Source: a virus (taxonomy: Duplodnaviria > Caudoviricetes). From it: 64,000 nucleotides of DNA. The stretch lies in the IMG/VR virus record IMGVR_UViG_3300033066_000778, positions 32,001 through 96,000 of that record; one strand, written 5' to 3'. The notes beneath the pieces are model-generated. The model was not told the DNA's origin, did no database searches, and saw only the letters and a list, made by a program, of their open reading frames with translations. The translations under genes and the position numbers were made by a program. Positions 48,857-58,932 of this stretch are shown here, in pieces (position 1 is the first letter of the stretch; each line of letters opens with the position of its first letter).

Positions 48857-49311
48857 TAAACGCCCATTCCAATGAACTCTATAAATACAGGCTCAATTTC
48901 AGGCTGTGTAATAATCTGATTAGGAGGAGTACCAGTTATAATCGGTCCTGTAACTAAGAGATCATTTACTTTTGTACCTATAACAGCTATTTGCGCAATA
49001 TTCACCCCCGACATCAGTAACGTACCAGAAAGATCCAAGTCAATATACTTAGCTAGGCTGTTACCTTGCTTTTGTGTTAAGCGTATAACTGCCGTACCAC
49101 CTGTTACTTGTGCAAAAAGAAACTTTACTGTTTCTATTCCTGGCGTTAAGACTAGAAGGGGAAACGTTGGATAAGGAAGTTTTGTCAAATCAACGGAAGA
49201 GTAAAACTCTTTATCCGCTGAAGAGCCTGATGTGAGAGCAATCTTCCTAAATGTCGTACGATCGAATTTAGTTGCTCTAACCAACTGTCCAGTAGCGGTA
49301 TAAGTTATCAT
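48856..49311 (-). CDS. Hypothetical protein
   Basis: 151-aa beta-rich ORF, TAATG-coupled. Confidence 0.6.
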   Translation of the reverse strand: MITYTATGQLVRATKFDRTTFRKIALTSGSSADKEFYSSVDLTKLPYPTFPLLVLTPGIETVKFLFAQVTGGTAVIRLTQKQGNSLAKYIDLDLSGTLLMSGVNIAQIAVIGTKVNDLLVTGPIITGTPPNQIITQPEIEPVFIEFIGMGV

Positions 49312-50351
49312 TAGTACTTATTCACTTTTTTGATGAATTTATCGAAAGAAATGGTATCTTTTCTAACCAGTAAGCTTTCCGCTATCAGGGTAGAAAGAAG
49401 ATCAGCTACTTTTTCGTACTTACTCTCGTTCGTTGTATTCAACCGTTTTTGGATTGAATAGAGTAATGAATTAAGACTTTTTATACTAATCTCGTTTGTA
49501 TTGGAGTATATTTGGTTAAGCTCTGACTTAGAAAAGACATCTTCTAAAATACTCTGTTTAGCCTGCTGTACTGGTTTTGGCTTAGCTACTTCTTCAAATT
49601 CGATATTTTCAGAAACACCAAACTCATTATCTTTATACAGAAGTTCTTTTACTTTACTTGTCGGTACGTAAAGAGGCTTAATAGCTGTTTCTTTTTCCGT
49701 ATCGTCATAGTCGTCTTCATCGTAATCAGGGTTTAATCCAGTATTAGCAAAAGCTTGAGGATCGTCGGAAGGCATTGCTCTAAAGAGATTTCCTGCCTTA
49801 TCGGCTTTTACTAAAAACTTCGTTCCCTTTTCACCCAGTAATGCTCTTGAAAGACCCGGTTGCTGTATTACCGTATGTACAACCGTATATACGTCGCTGA
49901 TAGCCGTAGACTGAGGGTAAGATCTAACAAGGTTTCCAAATGTAATGGGCTCCCATTGGAGTTCAGTTGGTTCGTGTTCATTATTTACAGCTGGACTGTT
50001 TGGAATTGTTGGAGAAGGAGTATCATCGCATTCATTAAGCGGCTGCTGAGAAACTAAGTTTTTTAGTTTACCTGTCTTTCCACTCTTAATGTTCGTGAAC
50101 AGCTTTGATAAACTTTGCTTTTCTTCTTCAAGTTTTTGCTGTTCTTGCTGTTGAAGTTTACCTTCGTTTACACGTTTCTTTTGCTCAAACATTTCTTTGA
50201 GCTTTTTCTCATCAGCTTTGAGCATGTGTTCTAAAAGAGGGTCAGTTGTTTCGTCCATACTTTCTCTTGATCTCTGTGTTCTTGATCTAACCTTATCCAA
50301 TACCCTTATTTGCTGTAGGAGCATTAGCGTAGGAGTTATAGAACTTACCAT
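49311..50351 (-). CDS. Hypothetical protein, candidate prohead core protein
   Basis: 346 aa, charged; many hydrophobic-x-E sites (PLLE, RVNE, PLNE, ILE, LIAE); near portal. Confidence 0.55.
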   Translation of the reverse strand: MVSSITPTLMLLQQIRVLDKVRSRTQRSRESMDETTDPLLEHMLKADEKKLKEMFEQKKRVNEGKLQQQEQQKLEEEKQSLSKLFTNIKSGKTGKLKNLVSQQPLNECDDTPSPTIPNSPAVNNEHEPTELQWEPITFGNLVRSYPQSTAISDVYTVVHTVIQQPGLSRALLGEKGTKFLVKADKAGNLFRAMPSDDPQAFANTGLNPDYDEDDYDDTEKETAIKPLYVPTSKVKELLYKDNEFGVSENIEFEEVAKPKPVQQAKQSILEDVFSKSELNQIYSNTNEISIKSLNSLLYSIQKRLNTTNESKYEKVADLLSTLIAESLLVRKDTISFDKFIKKVNKY

Positions 50352-50390
50352 AACTAATATCCTAAAGTTTTTTGCAAATGGAAAAAGTTA

Positions 50391-51143
50391 TTATTGTTTC
50401 AATTGACTTAGTTGGAGGGGTAATAAAGATGCCCGAGTTCTCAGTTGTTTGGGGACTATTTTTATCTTGCAAGTACAAAGTTTCCCACAAGTACATAACC
50501 CTCCTCGTGGTGTTGTCACCATGCATTCTTTATCAATAGGAGAGGAATACTGTAACTGCTCGCAGGTAGTACAATGAGGATGATCCTCTGGCATAATCCA
50601 GTAAACAACTGAATTAGAAGGAGCACCAACGACTCTACCTGCGAGGTAATGTGAGTCAAGTCTTTGTACATACTGTTGTAGTATCGACTTAGAGATAAAA
50701 CGGTCTACATGCTTAAGAAACTCAACCCAAAATTCTTGCTCAATTTTAGTTGCTTCAGCCGACCATAGCGTTTCTGTTTCATAGATCTTTGGTTTACCAT
50801 ACACGTTATGGGCAAAAGAAAACGTATGAGAAACTAAACCAGCACCAGAAGACTTGACTCCGAGGAAGTAAGACTTCTTAAAGAACTCATGAAAGATATT
50901 ATATAACTCCTGGTGCTTTGTTTCTTTATCGTCAGCTTTCAAGTACTGCTTAATGAACGTATACAACTGTTGTACTAGCTTATTCTGTAGAGCTTGAAAG
51001 CTCTTATTTGCAATCGTTTGTAGCTGTGTTTTTTGCCTAGACCATTCACCAGTACCGAGAAAATTACGGTGAATTTTATGAAGATTCGCCCTTCTCGTTA
51101 TTTGTGACGCTGTGACTAGATCTTTGCTTGTTAGTAGATCCAT
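50391..51143 (-). CDS. Head morphogenesis protein (MuF / SPP1 gp7-like)
   Basis: VYW...HCTTCEQL...PRGG..TCGKLCTCKI Cys pattern, downstream of portal. Confidence 0.6.
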   Translation of the reverse strand: MDLLTSKDLVTASQITRRANLHKIHRNFLGTGEWSRQKTQLQTIANKSFQALQNKLVQQLYTFIKQYLKADDKETKHQELYNIFHEFFKKSYFLGVKSSGAGLVSHTFSFAHNVYGKPKIYETETLWSAEATKIEQEFWVEFLKHVDRFISKSILQQYVQRLDSHYLAGRVVGAPSNSVVYWIMPEDHPHCTTCEQLQYSSPIDKECMVTTPRGGLCTCGKLCTCKIKIVPKQLRTRASLLPLQLSQLKQ

Positions 51144-51459
51144 ATTGTTTTAATTTCTCCGAAATTGTGTTCACTTTTTTGTTTGCAGTAGACGAAGGAG
51201 CAAAACCGAGATGATACCTATCTGGTATAGTGAACTCACGGTTTTGAAGCCACGGGATTCCTGTCTTTTTAATCTGCTTTCCTTTTATGAAGCGACTATA
51301 AAACTTCCCTAGACCTAATAAGGAACACTCTTCTCCGTTAGCTGTTGCATCTAAAACAGTGAGAGTAAGCGCCTTGATTATATCGTTCACATCCTGCTGT
51401 GAATACTTATAGTTTAGGGATACCCGTATACGCGCAATTAGTTCTTGTTGGTTTAACAT
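51076..51459 (-). CDS. HU/IHF-like DNA-binding protein
   Basis: MLNQQELIARI...DVNDII..L...GEECSLLGLGKF...FTIP.....FAPS. Confidence 0.8.
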   Translation of the reverse strand: MLNQQELIARIRVSLNYKYSQQDVNDIIKALTLTVLDATANGEECSLLGLGKFYSRFIKGKQIKKTGIPWLQNREFTIPDRYHLGFAPSSTANKKVNTISEKLKQYGSTNKQRSSHSVTNNEKGESS

Positions 51460-51467
51460 ATCGTTCC

Positions 51468-54400
51468 TTAATCAATCGTCTTATTTACTTCTTCGACAAT
51501 AGTTCCTTCTATTGTTTCTGTATTGTTATAAGCTTTCTGTAGAAATTCTTCTGCTTCAGTCAAGTAATAATCAGGTGACTTGGACTCTGGGTCGATGATC
51601 TCAAAAACGTTTTCAATCTTCTTACTCCAAGACTCTTGTGGCGTATACTCATCAATATACCTGTCTTTGTAGTTATCCCTGTACGCAATTACCTCAGCCA
51701 TTTCCTTCTTATTGAATCCATTTAAAACGTTCTCGATAAGGTCACCAGGGCGGACATTGGGGTAAAGTTCCTGAAGTTCTTCCTGTTTTTGCCTGAACTC
51801 TTCAAGAAGCTCAGAATTAGGATCCAACGGGTCATCTACCTTAGCTTCCCCATAACCAAATGTTCTTAGACCGAACTTAAGACTATCGGCAGTAACATGT
51901 TTATTAGGTTTCTTAGCCTTAATACCATCAGCGGTTTTAACCTTACCTTTATCTCCACCGTCTGCAACAGCTAGTTCTTTTTCCTTCTCGAATTCCATGT
52001 TTAGAACTGGATCAGGTGTACAGAGTTTTGCTCTTGTTTCGGCAGGAAGAGGGAAGATTTCGTCAAGGAGGTAATCGCCCCAAACCCAACGGTTCCATCC
52101 AAGAGTATTAGCAACACCAGCTAGGATCTCTAGGATTTGAGACTTACGGAGAAGAACATCTTCTCTTTGTCTTTCAGCTGTTTCCGAGATCGTTCCTAGT
52201 TGAACTTGGAAACGCTGTGGATCGAGGAATTCACCATGTACAATTGACCAGTGTAATTGACAAAGCTTTACGACACCTTCTCTAAAAGCTTCTTGTAACT
52301 TTTGAATCTTCTTACTAAAACGAACATCCTGTAACATTAGAGATTCTTTTGAGTTCCACCCACCAGTTTGAACACCTTCTAAGTATTCTTTTGGAATACC
52401 TAGTCCGGTTCGAATCTTATCCTTGAGTTGTTCATAGTCTTCAAGAGGTCCGATGTTTGGACTGTTTTGAAGAGGTTCTACCTTAGAGAGCGATCCAGCC
52501 CTAACCGGCCAAATAATGTCTTGTAAGAACATCGCGGGGTCAAAGTCTACTTTAAACTCATTAGTCTTAGGATCAGTAAAGTAATTCTTGTTCTTTAGGA
52601 ACTTCTTGTAATCCGCTACGAGCTGATGCGTTTCTTCAACCGATGCCTGACCTACGTCAACATAGAAAATGTTACGTTGGACCGTCCTGGCAATACGGTA
52701 TAGGATAATCATCGTGTTACCAGTCCAGGCCGATTTTCCATTCCTACGAACGTAAACGATGGTATTAGGAACTTTTACACAATAAACCATACCGTTGTAA
52801 GAAACTTTTTCGGCAGCAAAACTATTAGCCTTGGAGTATTTAATACTTACGAGATAAGACTCCTTACATGTCATTATACGTGTTTGTCCTTTTTTATTTA
52901 CGTATTCCTTACTGTAAGCTTTTCTTGTATTTACTGAAGCGGACCATCCTAGCTTCTGGGCTATCTCAACAAACTGTCCAGCCATCCTCTTGCTAACAGT
53001 AGAGATATTAACTGATTTCTCTCTAGCACAATTTTTATATTTTCTGAAATGCCCATCACCAAGAACAAAATGATCAAAGAAAATAGTGAGTTGCTCTTTT
53101 GTCGCATCCATAATTTCATCTGGAATGAACTTATCAGCTGCTTTTCCAAACTGCATAAAGTAAGGTACAACAGCCCCCCAGTTCAGATGAAAAGCATGAC
53201 CGTCATGGCTAACATCTTCGCCATTATTAATAGCATTAAGTGTAGCCTTAAATGTTTCGTAACCTTTAGAGTCTACCTGCTGGGCGATACGGAGTCCACT
53301 TGAACGTCCTTTTTTACGTGATCCATTGTTTATACAACCTTCTGAAAGGTACATTCCCATAAGCGCGCAGAAATTATCACCGCTTATCCTCCGTTCAGGT
53401 GCTCCCTTTGTCTGGAATGACATAGTCTTTCCATCACGAACGGAAACTACATCGTTTGGAATATTAGGAAATACTTTTTCTCCGATAGGAGTCCCAGTCC
53501 ATTCAGACGTAGTAGGGATTCCTACAGCGCGGCTTGTATTGCCAAGAAGTTCTTCAGCCCTAACAACGTACTCCCCGTTTGCTTGTGGCTCTATGGGGCC
53601 TACTGTGGCACATGCGGGTTTACTATTTAGCAGAATCCTGTGATTAGGCGTAACCAGTAGGTCAACAGACTTACTAGAGAGCTTAATCATATCGCCATCA
53701 TGGGGCCTGGCAACAATTTCTGTTGGTACTTGCCATTCAAATTGTTTAGTATCTGGATTTCGTGTGGCTACTTCCGTGCCTTCTTGGAGATCTTTGAAGT
53801 ATATCCATCCATCTTTTGTTAGAATCTCTGTTTCTTCGTCAAGGCACTCTAACATACTAAACGATTTCCATGCTTTACGGACATTATCAAGCATTGACTT
53901 CCCGTAAACAGATTCCTGGTCATAGGCAAGAAGTCTAAAGTGGATGAACTCCCAAGGTTTAAAGATTCCCTTATTATCAGTCGGGAGCAAACTTGCTAGT
54001 TCAGGTGCCTTAAATCCTAATAGTGAAGTAGTTTGAATACGTTCAACCCTAGCAGGATGAATGAACTGTGTATCATGGACTCCGTAAGCACCTAAGAGAA
54101 GATAGAGGGGAACGTCACCGTATTTGGCTAAATTACGGTAAACACCGTAAGCTTTAGTTTCAAGCTTGATCCTTTGGATCATTGCGTTTAGTTCGCTAGC
54201 TACAACATCTTCAGGAGAGTCAATCCAAACACGTAATCCTGTTTTACTATCTTTCTGGGCTGCTTCTTCGGCGTAGATATCGAGAGCAACACCGCATTCA
54301 GTTGAAGCAACGTCCATTCGGTCAAAGTCTCTATACTTGGAAATACGATCCTGCGAAAGCTCGATACTTCCTACATAGAGTTTACTCAGACGTTCTTCAA

Positions 54401-54545
54401 ACGTTGCTCCCGGTACGTACTTAGATTCATCAGGAGTTTGACCTTTTAGATAGCTAACCTGCTTATCAGAAAGGCCAAACAGTACCTGAAACGATTTGAT
54501 AATCGGGGTTAAAACCTGTTGTACTGGTTTGTTAAAATCGTCCAT
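51468..54545 (-). CDS. Portal protein (T4 gp20-like) containing an intein
   Basis: YGKSMLDNVRKAWK...MLE|T MIILYRIAR...RNIFYVDVG; 648 aa after splicing. Confidence 0.92.
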   Translation of the reverse strand: MDDFNKPVQQVLTPIIKSFQVLFGLSDKQVSYLKGQTPDESKYVPGATFEERLSKLYVGSIELSQDRISKYRDFDRMDVASTECGVALDIYAEEAAQKDSKTGLRVWIDSPEDVVASELNAMIQRIKLETKAYGVYRNLAKYGDVPLYLLLGAYGVHDTQFIHPARVERIQTTSLLGFKAPELASLLPTDNKGIFKPWEFIHFRLLAYDQESVYGKSMLDNVRKAWKSFSMLECLDEETEILTKDGWIYFKDLQEGTEVATRNPDTKQFEWQVPTEIVARPHDGDMIKLSSKSVDLLVTPNHRILLNSKPACATVGPIEPQANGEYVVRAEELLGNTSRAVGIPTTSEWTGTPIGEKVFPNIPNDVVSVRDGKTMSFQTKGAPERRISGDNFCALMGMYLSEGCINNGSRKKGRSSGLRIAQQVDSKGYETFKATLNAINNGEDVSHDGHAFHLNWGAVVPYFMQFGKAADKFIPDEIMDATKEQLTIFFDHFVLGDGHFRKYKNCAREKSVNISTVSKRMAGQFVEIAQKLGWSASVNTRKAYSKEYVNKKGQTRIMTCKESYLVSIKYSKANSFAAEKVSYNGMVYCVKVPNTIVYVRRNGKSAWTGNTMIILYRIARTVQRNIFYVDVGQASVEETHQLVADYKKFLKNKNYFTDPKTNEFKVDFDPAMFLQDIIWPVRAGSLSKVEPLQNSPNIGPLEDYEQLKDKIRTGLGIPKEYLEGVQTGGWNSKESLMLQDVRFSKKIQKLQEAFREGVVKLCQLHWSIVHGEFLDPQRFQVQLGTISETAERQREDVLLRKSQILEILAGVANTLGWNRWVWGDYLLDEIFPLPAETRAKLCTPDPVLNMEFEKEKELAVADGGDKGKVKTADGIKAKKPNKHVTADSLKFGLRTFGYGEAKVDDPLDPNSELLEEFRQKQEELQELYPNVRPGDLIENVLNGFNKKEMAEVIAYRDNYKDRYIDEYTPQESWSKKIENVFEIIDPESKSPDYYLTEAEEFLQKAYNNTETIEGTIVEEVNKTID
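52716..53846 (-). mobile_element. Intein with LAGLIDADG endonuclease in portal (377 aa)
   Basis: Begins CLDEETEILTKDGW, block B LLVTPNHRI, LMGMYLSEG and FVLGDG motifs, ends VYCVKVP...RRNGKSAWTGN before Thr. Confidence 0.92.
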
Positions 54546-54554
54546 ATAAATCCT

Positions 54555-57500
54555 TTAGGGCTTAATTGAGAATGGATTCAATTTATCAATATGTTCATTG
54601 AGGAGTTTAGTCTCTTCGTGTTCAGACGCGAAGTAACTATTTAGATCATCTTGTTTGTAAAGTGAATTTATGATTTTACTTGCAATATCAAGGTTTGCAG
54701 TATTAGGATGTTTTTTATTATCTGTTAGCATCGAATAAGAATTTGCTATTACTCCAGTTACCGCATCGGATATGTCTTTGCTTCCGGCACCCCCTGTAAA
54801 GTTTCTTACAGGGTGATCTACTTTAGCTTTCGCACCGGAATAATCATGAATAAGATTTAGTAATTCCATCTCTAAGATCTTGTTATATGGACACTTAACG
54901 TTATTCTTGTGTACAGCATCTCTGAATAAGACATAGGGAATATCGGTTCTATCCACCGATAGATTATCAACAGTAAAGTTGTCTTTAATCAACATCTGCA
55001 TTGGACCAGTAGAGAAGGCTTGGTCAAACGTAATAAGATGTATTTTAAACTTCATCTTCCGTAAGAAGCTAAAAAACTGCTGGATCTTTTCGTAGTCGAT
55101 CTGATCTCCTTGAGGAGCCTTGATTGCTATAGCAAAGTCAATGAAAAACTCTGGTGAATAGGAACTTATGATTTTATTTCCTAGTACGTTTGATCCGACA
55201 TTCTGCTTAATGTAAGCAACGCCACCCATTGCTATACCAGTACTATCACCACTTTTAGATAAGTCTACATGGATAGTTCTTAGCATATCTGGGTGGTACT
55301 TTGGTATTACTGCGAAACCAGCATCGAAAAAGAAATTGTTTTGTAGTACGTAACTGGAAATGCTTCTGTTTGTCCTAAGTCCAATTTCAATTTGATCCTC
55401 AAGGAATGGAGAATACCGTTCTCTATCCCAAAGGTTCTTAAGAAGCGTTGGATCATCAAACAACAGACTAGTTGGTGATGAAGAGATACCCGCAAGTTCT
55501 CTAAGGGCCGCATTTACATCGTGTTCAAAGTGACGACGGGTACTTTCTGGAACTTCAAGAATGTTAGGGCTACCTTCTGGGAAATCTTTCTCATCCTCTT
55601 CAGTAAGTATTCTGGATGATCTGGCAGAAGATCCAATGAATACCTTGAACGTCTTTCTGTTCATATCAAAGAAGTTATCCGGCTTAACGTCCCACTGAGA
55701 GTAAGAGGAGATGAAGGCATGACGATCTTGTCTAGCCACCCAACTACCTGTACGGTTAGAAAGCTGTCCATCCAAGGCTGCGATACGTGCTTCAAGGAAG
55801 TCTGACGATGTCTTTCTTGAAGAGATAACACAAAGTAACCCTGGCGTATAGGAGAGACGTTCGAAACGTGACGTGATACGATAACGAACTTGTTTGTATA
55901 GGTTTTCGGCTGAGTTCTCATCTTCGCCAGACTTAATCGTACGCTTACCTCGGAAATTCATTTCGTCCAAAATAGCCGAAACTACAGCGTAAGAAAGGGC
56001 GTGAGAGACTTTTGAACCAACTAGAATCTGTAAGCCTTGAGGTAGGATGATCTCATAGTCAGTCATATCTCGCATGTTACCAGAAGCAGCGTTATTCATT
56101 GCCTTTCTTATCTTGCGAGACTTCTTGATAGGAAATACGTTTTTGAAGTAAGGGCTTTCATTGATAATAGTCTTGAAGTCATCAGAGATAGCACCTTCAG
56201 CCTTATCAATAGAAAGAGAAAAAAGACCGAATGAGATCTTAGTAGCAGAGTCCAATGTGAAATACGCTTGAATATTACGAAGACAAGTAAGTACATGGAG
56301 CTTATACAATTGTGAAATAATAGCAATACGTGTATTATGAGATATAAACCCATTTGAAATATAGGAAGGGTCATCTTTTACTGTTAGATCATAGCAGTGT
56401 CCACGGCTAGTTTCTTTCGTAACTACAGTATCAAAGGTATACCGTTCTTTATAAATCTTCTTTAGTATCTCTGGAAGGTATTGTTCACCATATATTTCTA
56501 CTATTTTATCAAGAGCTTTATACGTGAATGCCTGTTTTCCTTTTGTTTTGACACAAACAAACATATCACGATTTTCTTTTAGCCCCAGTCCTTTACCACG
56601 GACTGCGTCTCTTACTTGGGAAACAATTTGCCAATCAATTGGGATTACTTCGTTGTCATTATGCCGCCAGGTAGTTGCTTCTCGTTCTAGTAATGCCTTT
56701 AACCGTTCAGCTTTCTTTGGATGTCTAAATCCTACCTCTTTTGCAAAGATCTCTTTAGACTCTCTACCAATTAACCGTACTGTCCAAGCACCTCTATACT
56801 TGTTACTCTTAAACTTTCTGGACGAGCGAATCCCAAAGTTAAGAAACAATAATTGAACTTGTTCCGCTAAATCCTTTGAACAAGTAGTAAATTCAATAGC
56901 ATTTCCTCGTTCATATACAGTTCCATCAGTATCAAATAAACCTCGGAGAAAGGCTCCTACAACCTCTTTAGTTCCCATACGAATAGCAATAGGTACTTTC
57001 TTCTCCCAAGATCTTCCTGATAGTCCAAGCTCTTTCCATTCCGCTATTAGTTTGGTTCCATTGAAGCTAACGCGGTGTACTATTTGTTTCGTATCTGCTC
57101 TCTGATACTTATGTGCATACATTTTAAGAGAGAGTCGTTCACCAAGAGTTATTACATGGCTTTGATATTTTTGTTCATCTTCGGCTGGTCCAAATGTTAG
57201 TTCAACTGTTGCTTCTTTTATACATCCATCACCAATAATAGCTCCCCAAAGTTCAGCTTGTTCTAACGAAATATTATAAGGGTTTTTACCCCATACATTA
57301 TTTTTGTAAGAAAGCAAAACTACATCATCTATTTCGATCTTTTCTGTTTCTTTCCATAAAATTTCTGTTCCATTAAATACTCTTAGTCTATGATTAGGTC
57401 GAGCCTCGATTTCATGTCCTAAAGATGTAAATAACTTAAATGTATCTGTCTCCCCTTCATCATGGAACTCTTCTACCTGCTTCAATCCAGACTCGGCAAG

Positions 57501-58046
57501 GACGGCATTTATTTCATTGCGCTTAGCATAAACTTCGTCAATACGTAAAACGCCTAAGTCCGTTAGAATGAATGAATTACAAGTACATTTCCCAACGCCA
57601 ATTCCTCCGCTCAAAACCCATTCGTGTATCTCATTCTTAGGGTCTAATACAAAGATAAGATCCTTTCTCCATGGAGCATAAATCCTAGTAGACATCTCTT
57701 CGCCTAGGTATTTAGGATCATTTACGAATTCTTCTGGCGTTGCAGGAGTACGAAACCAATCGGCTTCTCTTAATGCTTTGATAGCTTGAAGTTCATTGGT
57801 TCCTGAGATCGTTGCTTCTACTATTGTATTAGTAATGATCCCACGTTCTGCTGGAGTGAAAGCTTCCCAGTCAATTTCTCCTTTAGCACAACGGTCAACG
57901 AAAGCTTTCGCTGCATTTGGATTCCGTCTAAGAAGAATTTCAACTTCTGTTTTTTCAAGTTCCGGTAAAAAGAATGGGAATTTTTCTAGGTCAACCTGTT
58001 GGTCATCCTCTAGATTACTCTTCGTTGTCATCATTTGACGCTTCAC
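54555..58046 (-). CDS. Terminase large subunit containing an intein
   Basis: Walker A SGGIGVGK|T, Walker B AILDEMNF, nuclease HVDLSKSGDSTG and KDISDAVTG; true start may be the ATG at 58034. Confidence 0.92.
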   Translation of the reverse strand: MKRQMMTTKSNLEDDQQVDLEKFPFFLPELEKTEVEILLRRNPNAAKAFVDRCAKGEIDWEAFTPAERGIITNTIVEATISGTNELQAIKALREADWFRTPATPEEFVNDPKYLGEEMSTRIYAPWRKDLIFVLDPKNEIHEWVLSGGIGVGKCTCNSFILTDLGVLRIDEVYAKRNEINAVLAESGLKQVEEFHDEGETDTFKLFTSLGHEIEARPNHRLRVFNGTEILWKETEKIEIDDVVLLSYKNNVWGKNPYNISLEQAELWGAIIGDGCIKEATVELTFGPAEDEQKYQSHVITLGERLSLKMYAHKYQRADTKQIVHRVSFNGTKLIAEWKELGLSGRSWEKKVPIAIRMGTKEVVGAFLRGLFDTDGTVYERGNAIEFTTCSKDLAEQVQLLFLNFGIRSSRKFKSNKYRGAWTVRLIGRESKEIFAKEVGFRHPKKAERLKALLEREATTWRHNDNEVIPIDWQIVSQVRDAVRGKGLGLKENRDMFVCVKTKGKQAFTYKALDKIVEIYGEQYLPEILKKIYKERYTFDTVVTKETSRGHCYDLTVKDDPSYISNGFISHNTRIAIISQLYKLHVLTCLRNIQAYFTLDSATKISFGLFSLSIDKAEGAISDDFKTIINESPYFKNVFPIKKSRKIRKAMNNAASGNMRDMTDYEIILPQGLQILVGSKVSHALSYAVVSAILDEMNFRGKRTIKSGEDENSAENLYKQVRYRITSRFERLSYTPGLLCVISSRKTSSDFLEARIAALDGQLSNRTGSWVARQDRHAFISSYSQWDVKPDNFFDMNRKTFKVFIGSSARSSRILTEEDEKDFPEGSPNILEVPESTRRHFEHDVNAALRELAGISSSPTSLLFDDPTLLKNLWDRERYSPFLEDQIEIGLRTNRSISSYVLQNNFFFDAGFAVIPKYHPDMLRTIHVDLSKSGDSTGIAMGGVAYIKQNVGSNVLGNKIISSYSPEFFIDFAIAIKAPQGDQIDYEKIQQFFSFLRKMKFKIHLITFDQAFSTGPMQMLIKDNFTVDNLSVDRTDIPYVLFRDAVHKNNVKCPYNKILEMELLNLIHDYSGAKAKVDHPVRNFTGGAGSKDISDAVTGVIANSYSMLTDNKKHPNTANLDIASKIINSLYKQDDLNSYFASEHEETKLLNEHIDKLNPFSIKP
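56334..57587 (-). mobile_element. Intein with LAGLIDADG endonuclease in terminase Walker A (418 aa)
   Basis: Begins CTCNSFILTDLG, block B RPNHRL, WGAIIGDG and FLRGLFDTDG, ends CYDLTV...YISNGFISHN before Thr. Confidence 0.95.
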
Positions 58047-58581
58047 CTAATAGATTTTCGCTTTCCTCAACGTCAGAGATAATACTGGTAAGGATACCTA
58101 GCATCTTTTGTCGTTTATCTGACGGCATCTGTTTAACTGAATTGTACACTTCTTTTTGTACTTTGAACTCCGATACAGATTGAATTGTCTTTTGAACTGT
58201 TTCAAAGATATCGAATCCGTATAACTGTGCTTCTAAACGTTTAAGCTTCTTTTCATTAGACTCTGCAAATGTTTTCAAAGCATTCATCTGCTGATTCGTA
58301 GTCATAAAGGGATAATTCTGTTTGAGCATTCGGCGCATCTCATTTTCAAACTCTACGTCTGAAGCGATTGCTGTTATACTCTTCCTTTGCATCTCTACAT
58401 AAATAGCTTGCATTTTGATTCTGAGATCTTCAGAACGTTCGATGAAATACTGTTTAATACTTGGATCAAGTGTATCTTGTGAATTGAGCCACTCTAGGAG
58501 TTTCTCCCATACAAGATTTGCTACTTCATCTTGCGATAGCTCTTCATCTGTATGTATAGTTGAATCTTCAATGTATGTCAT
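58015..58581 (-). CDS. Putative terminase small subunit
   Basis: 188-aa helical protein overlapping the terL start; inferred from position. Confidence 0.5.
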   Translation of the reverse strand: MTYIEDSTIHTDEELSQDEVANLVWEKLLEWLNSQDTLDPSIKQYFIERSEDLRIKMQAIYVEMQRKSITAIASDVEFENEMRRMLKQNYPFMTTNQQMNALKTFAESNEKKLKRLEAQLYGFDIFETVQKTIQSVSEFKVQKEVYNSVKQMPSDKRQKMLGILTSIISDVEESENLLGEASNDDNEE

Positions 58582-58611
58582 GTTCTATATCTCGAATATA
58601 AAAGATGTGTT

Positions 58612-58640
58612 AATATAATCCCTTGAAGTATCAATGTCAA
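58612..58640 (-). promoter_or_regulatory. Sigma70-type promoter for the packaging/structural operon
   Basis: TTGACA (58640-58635), 17 nt, TATATT (58617-58612), just downstream of a terminator. Confidence 0.75.
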
Positions 58641-58657
58641 ATTTACTGCCAAAACGC

Positions 58658-58684
58658 AAAAAAGGGAGCCAAACGGCTCCCTTT
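58658..58684 (-). terminator. Intrinsic terminator
   Basis: AAAGGGAGCC-GTTT-GGCTCCCTTTTTT on the minus strand. Confidence 0.85.
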
Positions 58685-58706
58685 AGGTCTATGTAGTCTT
58701 TTATTT

Positions 58707-58932
58707 TTATGCTTTTATACTTAGTAGTTCTCTAAGGGCTAGATTTTCCTCATGAAGAGCTTTTACAGCGTTAAACAGTAAGATATCTTTTTGTTTGAGT
58801 TCGGCAATTTCTTTCGAGGTTTCTTTTATACGTAAGTAAAGACTCCTGTACTTCAGACGATGCTTTAAATGCTTCGTAACTAGCTGAAACTTGTTTTTCT
58901 AGTGTACTAATCCTACTAGACGTATCAAACAT
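58707..58932 (-). pseudogene. Small coiled-coil gene split by a +1 frameshift (not in ORF track)
   Basis: MFDTSSRISTLEKQV...SLLTYK, then +1 frame KETSKEIAELKQKDILLFNAVKALHEENLALRELLSIKA*; span is 226 nt = 75 codons + 1. Confidence 0.55.

Noticed and set aside
1000-58618. Many 60-215-aa plus-strand and nested minus-strand ORFs in the track
   Set aside because: They lie inside or antisense to long motif-bearing genes and lack RBS or recognisable motifs; treated as shadow ORFs.
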